A stretch of 64,000 nt of DNA from Spirochaetia bacterium. GTDB taxonomy: Bacteria > Spirochaetota > Spirochaetia > UBA9216. Made by a program: the position numbers and the translations under genes. The notes under the pieces are model-generated. The model ran no database searches, was not told the origin of the DNA, and saw only the letters and a program-made list of their open reading frames with translations. Location of the stretch: NCBI GenBank assembly GCA_963675665.1, contig OY776510.1:4800001-4864000 (forward strand), in the 5' to 3' direction. This document shows, piece by piece, positions 57,923 to 64,000 of this stretch (positions are counted from its first letter, which is position 1; every line of letters starts with the position of its first letter).

Positions 57923-59089
57923 TTACAAACATTTATTATACAAAGCCCTGATTTCCTGCTCTGATGCAACGCGCGGGTGATTCCGAACATTAACCCCGTA
58001 ACCGTTCATTGCTACTTCTACAGCCTTATCTATATCTGCTTCCTTAAGCCCGATTTCCGAAAATGTGATATTCCCGCCGACATAATCGAGAAATCTTTCT
58101 ATAAGAAGAACGCTTTTTTCAGCTTTTTCATAAAGCGGCAATCCTGACACGGAAGGATCGATGCATTCGGCAAGCTGTCCGAATTTTTCAAAGTTGCTCA
58201 TATAACTGAATTCAATCACTTTCGCCAGGCATGCTGCTATGGAAGCCCCGTGCGGAGCATCGGCAATTCCGCCGACGGGCTGCCCGAGAGCGTGAGGCAG
58301 ACCTACTCCGGCATGACCGATTGCTACTCCTCCGAGAGCGCTCCCCCATGCCATGGCCTTGCGTGCTTCAAGATTCCCGCCGTTTGAAACAGCTTCGGGC
58401 AGGTTTCGGGTAATTATCCTTATCCCCTCTTTGGCAACCATGTCGCTGAAAGGAGTTGCGGCATTTCCGATAAAAGCTTCCAGACAGTGAGAAAGCGCGT
58501 CTATTCCTGTAAGTGCCGTAAGTTTTGGCGGAAGCGTTATCATAAGCTCAGCATCAATAACTGCATAATCCGGAAATATCCTGTTGCTGATGATAGTTCC
58601 CTTTTCATGTTTTTCAGGATTGCTTATTACAGAATAATGTGTAGCCTCAGTCCCTGTTCCGGAGGTAGTCGGGATGACAATGATAGGCAGAACTTTTCCT
58701 ATTTTGTTTGACGGTCGGTCTTCACGATCGATAAAATCCCACGAACCGCCTTCATTCTCAGCCATTACAGCAATGGCCTTGCCTGTATCAATAGCGCTGC
58801 CGCCCCCGACTGCAAGCACGGAATCGCAACGGTTCTTTTTACAGACCTCAGCACCCTCGTCTATTTCCAGACAGCTAGGATTGGGCTTTACCCTGGAATA
58901 AATTGTTGTCTCAATATTGTCCTTACTCAGCAGCAATTCCAGTTCTGCAATAAGTCCGTTCTCAACAAAAAAAGGATCCGACACAAGAAAGCATCTCTTT
59001 CCAAAAGGTTTTATGTACTTGGCTAACTCCCGGTACCCCCCCGCCTTAACGATCAGTTCGCCCGGAAGCTGACATGAAAAATCAATCAT
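57923..59089 (-). CDS. Iron-containing alcohol dehydrogenase
   Basis: GGGSAID.GK, PTTSGTGTE, GIDALSH..E, GLPHAL, PHG. Confidence 0.9.
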   Translation of the reverse strand: MIDFSCQLPGELIVKAGGYRELAKYIKPFGKRCFLVSDPFFVENGLIAELELLLSKDNIETTIYSRVKPNPSCLEIDEGAEVCKKNRCDSVLAVGGGSAIDTGKAIAVMAENEGGSWDFIDREDRPSNKIGKVLPIIVIPTTSGTGTEATHYSVISNPEKHEKGTIISNRIFPDYAVIDAELMITLPPKLTALTGIDALSHCLEAFIGNAATPFSDMVAKEGIRIITRNLPEAVSNGGNLEARKAMAWGSALGGVAIGHAGVGLPHALGQPVGGIADAPHGASIAACLAKVIEFSYMSNFEKFGQLAECIDPSVSGLPLYEKAEKSVLLIERFLDYVGGNITFSEIGLKEADIDKAVEVAMNGYGVNVRNHPRVASEQEIRALYNKCL

Positions 59090-59104
59090 GGTTTTCTCCT
59101 CGTC

Positions 59105-60253
59105 TTATAATCCGGCAAGCCCGCTCTTGTAATCCCTGCCTATCTTCTCTGCAGTCAGAATTGCGGCACGCATCTCATGAAACTCTATCAGGAACGGTTC
59201 CGTATGTGAGGTCTGGGCCGGAGCACAGGCTCCGCCGGCAATGGTATCGAGCTCTTCCTCCGTGATATCGCCTACTTTCAGATCCTCGAATGTTACCGGC
59301 AGGCCTACACTAATACAGAATTCAACAACCTCTTCAATTTCATCCTTGTCGGCACCTTCAAGAACAAGCATTACGATCGTTCCGAAAGCTACATATTCTC
59401 CATGAAACATATGCTCCCTGCCGCTCAGTTCACTAAACCCGCCGTAAACAGCATGTGCCGTGCTTACGCCGTTACTCTCAAAACCGATACCGCTCATAAG
59501 AGAATTGGCTTCAACTATTCTGTTAAGCGCTTTGGTAACCACATTATTGTCGCAGGCCATTTTTGCCTGAACACCGCATTCAAGCAGAACTTCATAACAG
59601 AGCTCGGCAATGGCCATGGAAGTTTTTGTCGCCTTGGTGCCGGCTGAACCGTCACCGCCCATTCCGCCGCCTGCTATTCCGAGGAAATTATCCCGGTATG
59701 CATTTACACATGTCCGTGCTTCAAAATATGTCGAAAGTGCGTCGCCCATTCCGGCAACAAGCAGGCGTGAAGGCCCGCGGGCAATAATGTCCGTATCAAC
59801 AAGAACTACATCAGGGCTGCGTTCAAAGAAGATTACGTCCTCCTGAGAACCATCTTCCCTGTAGATTACCGAAAGAGCGCTTGTCGGAGCATCATTCGAA
59901 ACAATTGTAGGAACAATACATATCGGCATTTTCACTTCGTTAGCTGCAGCTTTGGCAACATCCAGAACCTTACCGCCCCCTAGAGCAATAACTCCGTCGC
60001 TTTCAGTTTCTTTTATTACTGAAACAACCCTTGAGATTTCCTGTCGCGTAACTTCTCCGTTGAAAACAACGTATTCCAGCTTTACTCCGGTACCTTCAAA
60101 ACTTTTCTCGAGTTCTGCCTGAAGACTTTCTTTTCTTCCCTTGCTGGTTACAACCACCAGCGATTTTCCAAACCATTTGATATATTGGTAAATCCTCTCC
60201 AATTCTTTATAGCCCTGGATGTATCTCCCGGGTGAAGCAAACATTTGCGTCAT
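59105..60253 (-). CDS. gldA: Glycerol dehydrogenase (GldA family)
   Basis: SPGRYIQG, GGGK.LD.AK, PTI.S.DAPTSALSVIY, GDALSTYFEA, SGIGFES, AHA, HGE.VAFG. Confidence 0.85.
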   Translation of the reverse strand: MTQMFASPGRYIQGYKELERIYQYIKWFGKSLVVVTSKGRKESLQAELEKSFEGTGVKLEYVVFNGEVTRQEISRVVSVIKETESDGVIALGGGKVLDVAKAAANEVKMPICIVPTIVSNDAPTSALSVIYREDGSQEDVIFFERSPDVVLVDTDIIARGPSRLLVAGMGDALSTYFEARTCVNAYRDNFLGIAGGGMGGDGSAGTKATKTSMAIAELCYEVLLECGVQAKMACDNNVVTKALNRIVEANSLMSGIGFESNGVSTAHAVYGGFSELSGREHMFHGEYVAFGTIVMLVLEGADKDEIEEVVEFCISVGLPVTFEDLKVGDITEEELDTIAGGACAPAQTSHTEPFLIEFHEMRAAILTAEKIGRDYKSGLAGL

Positions 60254-60347
60254 ATGCCTTCCTCCAATTTGTTATATTCCATACTTTGTATTGTATACAC
60301 TTTAAAAAGTGTAATACCTAACCGTTTTCAAAGTACATGCAACTAAA

Positions 60348-60364
60348 TGCAACATTCATGCCAA
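60348..60364 (-). promoter_or_regulatory. sigma54 (-24/-12) promoter of the gldA operon
   Basis: Minus strand TTGGCATGAATGTTGCA, near-consensus. Confidence 0.8.
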
Positions 60365-60469
60365 AAATAATTTTACTGCTGTTCCCAATTAAAAGACCTG
60401 ATAATCAGGCCTTTTCCCGCTGAAAAGACAGATTCTTTTGAATTCCTGCAATTTTTAATTAAAAGAAAA

Positions 60470-60524
60470 TGTAAAACCTGTTACAGATTTGTAAATAGAA
60501 GTGTAACAAAAGAATTGTTACAAC
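60470..60524. promoter_or_regulatory. Candidate enhancer (UAS)
   Basis: TGTAAAACCTGTTACA, TTACAGATTTGTAA (60481-60494), TGTAACAA-N5-TTGTTACA. Confidence 0.6.
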
Positions 60525-60545
60525 TACTGTCTGAATATCCCGTTC

Positions 60546-60577
60546 AAAAAAATCAGGGCTGCATTTACATGCAGCCC
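60546..60577 (-). terminator. Intrinsic terminator after permease
   Basis: GGGCTGCAT-N4-ATGCAGCCC followed by a T-run on the minus strand. Confidence 0.65.
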
Positions 60578-60597
60578 CGGTGAATAAAGTATGCAGA

Positions 60598-61620
60598 TTA
60601 CTTTTTCATTTTCTTTTCGCGCCAGGTGTCGAAGGATACTACAACTACAATTACAATACCCAGAATAACCTTCTGCCAGAACGGAGTTACGTTGGTAAGA
60701 TCAAGACCGTTATTGAGTACCCCGATTGTAATGATACCAATAACGGTGCCGCCGATACTGCCTATTCCGCCGACAAGGCTTGTTCCGCCCAGAGCTACAG
60801 CCGTTATTGCAAGGAGTTCCATGCCGCTGCCCATAATTGCATTTGCTCCGCCGAGTCTTCCCACCATAACCAGACTGCCCAGAGCACAACAGAACCCGCA
60901 GAGACCGTAAACAATAACTTTTATTTTCTCAACCTTGATTCCGCTTACCCTGGCAGCTTCGGGGTTTCCTCCGACTGCATAGATATTTACGCCGAGAGTT
61001 GTATGATTAAGCATTATCCAAATCAGAGCTGCAACGCCGGCAAATACAAATACAGAAACCGGAACAACTCCTACAGTTCCGCTTCCAAGTACCAGCAGTA
61101 TATCCGGAAGACCCGAGATCGGGATTCCTCCTGAAATAAACAACGCCAATCCGCTTACAGCTGTCATGGTTCCCAGCGTGGCAATAAAATCCTGAATTTT
61201 AAATCTGGTTATTACCAACCCGTTTACAATTCCGATAAGAGTGCCCATTCCCAGGCTGGCGGTTACAGAAAGCCATGGAGGAAACCCAAGCTTGGTGGAT
61301 GTAACCGCAATTAAACATCCGCAGGCGGCCATTACGGAACCGACCGACAAATCAATACCGGCTGTAAGAATTACCAGGGTCTCTCCCAGGGCCATTATTC
61401 CGAGAACAGAAGACTGCCTGATAATATTCAGCAGATTGCTTGTTTTCAAAAACATCGGACTGGCAACCGACATGAATATAAACAGAAAAAGCAAAATCAG
61501 GACCGGACTGCTTTTCTGCATAAAGCTTGATAATTTACCCCGCCCTTCCTTTTCTTCTGCACAACCTTCAACATCGGAAATTTTATTCTCTTCCATTTTT
61601 AACACTTTATCTTTAACCAT
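60598..61620 (-). CDS. Sugar ABC transporter permease
   Basis: AGIDLSVGS, FIATLG, AVGGNPEAARVSG, GGTSL.GG.G. Confidence 0.92.
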   Translation of the reverse strand: MVKDKVLKMEENKISDVEGCAEEKEGRGKLSSFMQKSSPVLILLFLFIFMSVASPMFLKTSNLLNIIRQSSVLGIMALGETLVILTAGIDLSVGSVMAACGCLIAVTSTKLGFPPWLSVTASLGMGTLIGIVNGLVITRFKIQDFIATLGTMTAVSGLALFISGGIPISGLPDILLVLGSGTVGVVPVSVFVFAGVAALIWIMLNHTTLGVNIYAVGGNPEAARVSGIKVEKIKVIVYGLCGFCCALGSLVMVGRLGGANAIMGSGMELLAITAVALGGTSLVGGIGSIGGTVIGIITIGVLNNGLDLTNVTPFWQKVILGIVIVVVVSFDTWREKKMKK

Positions 61621-61622
61621 AT

Positions 61623-63116
61623 TTATGCTCCTGCAGCCTTTCTAACAATTTCTTCCTGTGAAGTATTACCGGTTTTAAATTTACCCGTTATGCACCCTTT
61701 TTTCATAACAAGTATGTTATCCGAGATACCCAGCAGTTCCGGCATGTCTGATGAAACCAGTATTACAGAACCGCCGTTTCTGGTTATCTGGTTAATTATT
61801 TTATAAACTTCGACCTTGGCGCCTACATCTACACCACGGGTCGGATCATCCATAAAAAATACCTGTGTTTCATTACACAGCCATTTTGCCAGTGCAATTT
61901 TCTGCTGATTACCGCCGCTCAATGTGGAAAGGTTATGCTCCAAATCAGCCGTTTTATCCAGTCTCAGTTCTGCGGCAAGTTCTCCGGCAATCGACAGTTC
62001 CTTTTTCCGGTTTCTGATCCCACCTCTGCTGAAGGTTGCAGGTGATGAAATAATTATATTTTTTAAAATTGTCATGTTTGCAAAAAGACCTTCGCGCCTG
62101 TCTTTTGTTACAAGCCCGAATTTCTTATTAATCATATAAGTCGGAGATTTGCATTCCAGTACGGTATTTCCGAAATTAACGCTCCCTTTTTTAATTTTTT
62201 CAAGTCCGAACATAGCTTTTAAAAGTTCGGTTCGCCCGGAACCCACAAGGCCGGCAATTCCAAGAACTTCACCTTTTCTCAGATCAAAATTTATATCATA
62301 AAAGTGTTTATTATCGGAAAGATCGTTAACACTGAATATAATTTCTTCGGTGACATTATATTCTTTCGGATATTGCTCATCGAGTTTTCGGCCTACCATC
62401 ATTTCAACAAGCTCATCCTCATTTGTTTCTTCAACTGTATTAACCGTCCCGACCGAACTTCCGTCACGTAGCACTGTAACCCTGTCGCCTATATTAAATA
62501 CCTCGGACATTTTATGTGTGATGTATATGAATGATACGCCGTCCGATTTAAGTTTATTAATTACCGAAAACAACTTTTCGGTTTCAGATCCTGTAAGAGC
62601 GGATGTGGGTTCATCAAGAATAACCAGACGCGCATCTCTTGAGGTGGCCCTGATTATTTCAACAAGCTGCTGGATACCGAGATCATACTCTGAAACCCTT
62701 TTTGAAACATCTATCTCAATTTCAAGTTCCATGAAAACACGTTTTACATAATTCTCGGCCCTTTTCCAGTCTATAAACGGTGAAGCGCCGATCCTGGGCA
62801 TCCTGCCAATCCATATATTTTCAAAAACGCTTCTTTCTTTAAGTAAAGTCAATTCCTGATATACCATACCTATTCCCAAATCCAGGGAATCTGAAGGTCT
62901 TTTTATATTAACTTCCTGATCATGCCAGAATATACTGCCGCAGTCCGGTTGATGCACTCCTGAAAGAATTTTCATCAGTGTAGATTTACCTGCTCCATTC
63001 TCCCCAAGAAGTACATGGACTTCACCTTTCATTACTGAAAAATCAACACCGTTAAGCGCATGTACTCCCTGAAACTGTTTTCTTATATCGTGCATTCGAA
63101 GAATTTCACTACCCAT
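61623..63116 (-). CDS. Sugar ABC transporter ATP-binding protein
   Basis: GENGAGKST, LDEPT, LSGGNQQK, PTRGVDVGAK. Confidence 0.92.
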   Translation of the reverse strand: MGSEILRMHDIRKQFQGVHALNGVDFSVMKGEVHVLLGENGAGKSTLMKILSGVHQPDCGSIFWHDQEVNIKRPSDSLDLGIGMVYQELTLLKERSVFENIWIGRMPRIGASPFIDWKRAENYVKRVFMELEIEIDVSKRVSEYDLGIQQLVEIIRATSRDARLVILDEPTSALTGSETEKLFSVINKLKSDGVSFIYITHKMSEVFNIGDRVTVLRDGSSVGTVNTVEETNEDELVEMMVGRKLDEQYPKEYNVTEEIIFSVNDLSDNKHFYDINFDLRKGEVLGIAGLVGSGRTELLKAMFGLEKIKKGSVNFGNTVLECKSPTYMINKKFGLVTKDRREGLFANMTILKNIIISSPATFSRGGIRNRKKELSIAGELAAELRLDKTADLEHNLSTLSGGNQQKIALAKWLCNETQVFFMDDPTRGVDVGAKVEVYKIINQITRNGGSVILVSSDMPELLGISDNILVMKKGCITGKFKTGNTSQEEIVRKAAGA

Positions 63117-63136
63117 TATAATACCCCATATTAATT

Positions 63137-63165
63137 TGCGGGCCTGCCTGACAGGCAGGCCCGCA
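63137..63165 (-). terminator. Stem-loop downstream of SBP gene
   Basis: TGCGGGCCTGCCT-GAC-AGGCAGGCCCGCA. Confidence 0.6.
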
Positions 63166-63172
63166 GAAATAA

Positions 63173-64000
63173 CTATCTTCCTGCCTTGTACTCGTCTATA
63201 ATGCTCTTCCAGTCAATATCTGAAAGATAAGGCTCCGGATAGAACATATCGGCATTTACCTTGTATTCCGTCCTCGGGCGGATATCAAATACAGCAGGCG
63301 CCTCAAGGTTAAGGGCAAGCCTTGTTCCGAATTCAACTCCGTACCATCCCCATTCCGGGAATCCGTGCCATGTTTCTGCAAGAATATTGCCTTTCCTTAT
63401 AAGATCAACACTTTCCGGAGTTCCGTCATTAGTAAGAACAAGAACGTCGTCCCTGCCCATGTTCTTAACAGCTATTGAAACACCAATTCCCATCTCGGCA
63501 CAGGATGCCCATATGGCATCAAGCTCCTGGTTTGCCTGAAGAATATTTTCTCCGGCCGCAACTGCCGGTTGTCTTTGCCAGTCAGCATTAAGAGAAGACT
63601 TGATATCTATGTTCGGATAATTATCAACTACAGAATGGAAACCGTTCATCCTTTCAATATCATAAAAACTGCCGGGAACGCCGCCCACCAGGGCGATCTT
63701 TCCCGAGATGGAATTCTTATCAACATCTTTATAAATGTCTTCCCACCATGCAAGGTCAAGATAATCTTTATCGGAAATATTTACTTTTTCGCCGGCACCA
63801 AGCACACCGGGACCGCCCAAAGCATCCAGCATTGCGTAACCGGAAACAGCTGCACAAACCTGGTTATCAAAACCGATAAATGTATCAACCTCAACACCTT
63901 CAATCGGTTTAAGAAGATTTACTACAATCAATGGTATACCGGCTTTGTTTACCTGCTTCAGGGCGGGAATTATTGCCGCGACATCAGAAGGTGAAAGAAT
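63173..64000 (-). CDS. Sugar ABC substrate-binding protein (5' end outside window)
   Basis: Frame open to the window end (ILSPSDVAAIIPALKQVNKAGIP...); ERMNGF, ADWQR, NDG. Confidence 0.88.
   Translation of the reverse strand: MLSPSDVAAIIPALKQVNKAGIPLIVVNLLKPIEGVEVDTFIGFDNQVCAAVSGYAMLDALGGPGVLGAGEKVNISDKDYLDLAWWEDIYKDVDKNSISGKIALVGGVPGSFYDIERMNGFHSVVDNYPNIDIKSSLNADWQRQPAVAAGENILQANQELDAIWASCAEMGIGVSIAVKNMGRDDVLVLTNDGTPESVDLIRKGNILAETWHGFPEWGWYGVEFGTRLALNLEAPAVFDIRPRTEYKVNADMFYPEPYLSDIDWKSIIDEYKAGR

Overview
A gene-dense carbohydrate/polyol catabolism region, most likely from a free-living anaerobic spirochaete (inferred from the recurring FAGGQQE-type N-termini of binding proteins). It encodes six CUT2 (ribose-type) ABC importers, one TRAP importer with kduI-kduD-IclR, a second kduI near a GH105/GH88 hydrolase and an aldehyde dehydrogenase, and three GntR and one RpiR regulators. 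It also carries a ketose 3-epimerase, four SDRs, four Zn-dependent dehydrogenases, an Fe-ADH, gldA, a GlpK-like kinase and two copies of a split transketolase. Two items stand out. (1) An apparently uncharacterised glycyl radical enzyme (GCWE and RMGGLSAYF motifs) with its activase sits inside a kinase-free sugar ABC/Zn-dehydrogenase/transketolase/SDR operon. (2) A soluble histidine kinase whose N-terminal domain is a degenerate sugar-ABC ATPase domain is paired with a sigma54 activator that faces a -24/-12 promoter of a sugar ABC operon. Two further sigma54 promoters share an upstream enhancer-like motif. I saw no rRNA, tRNA, CRISPR array or mobile element. All calls come from motif recognition by eye; no database searches were run.
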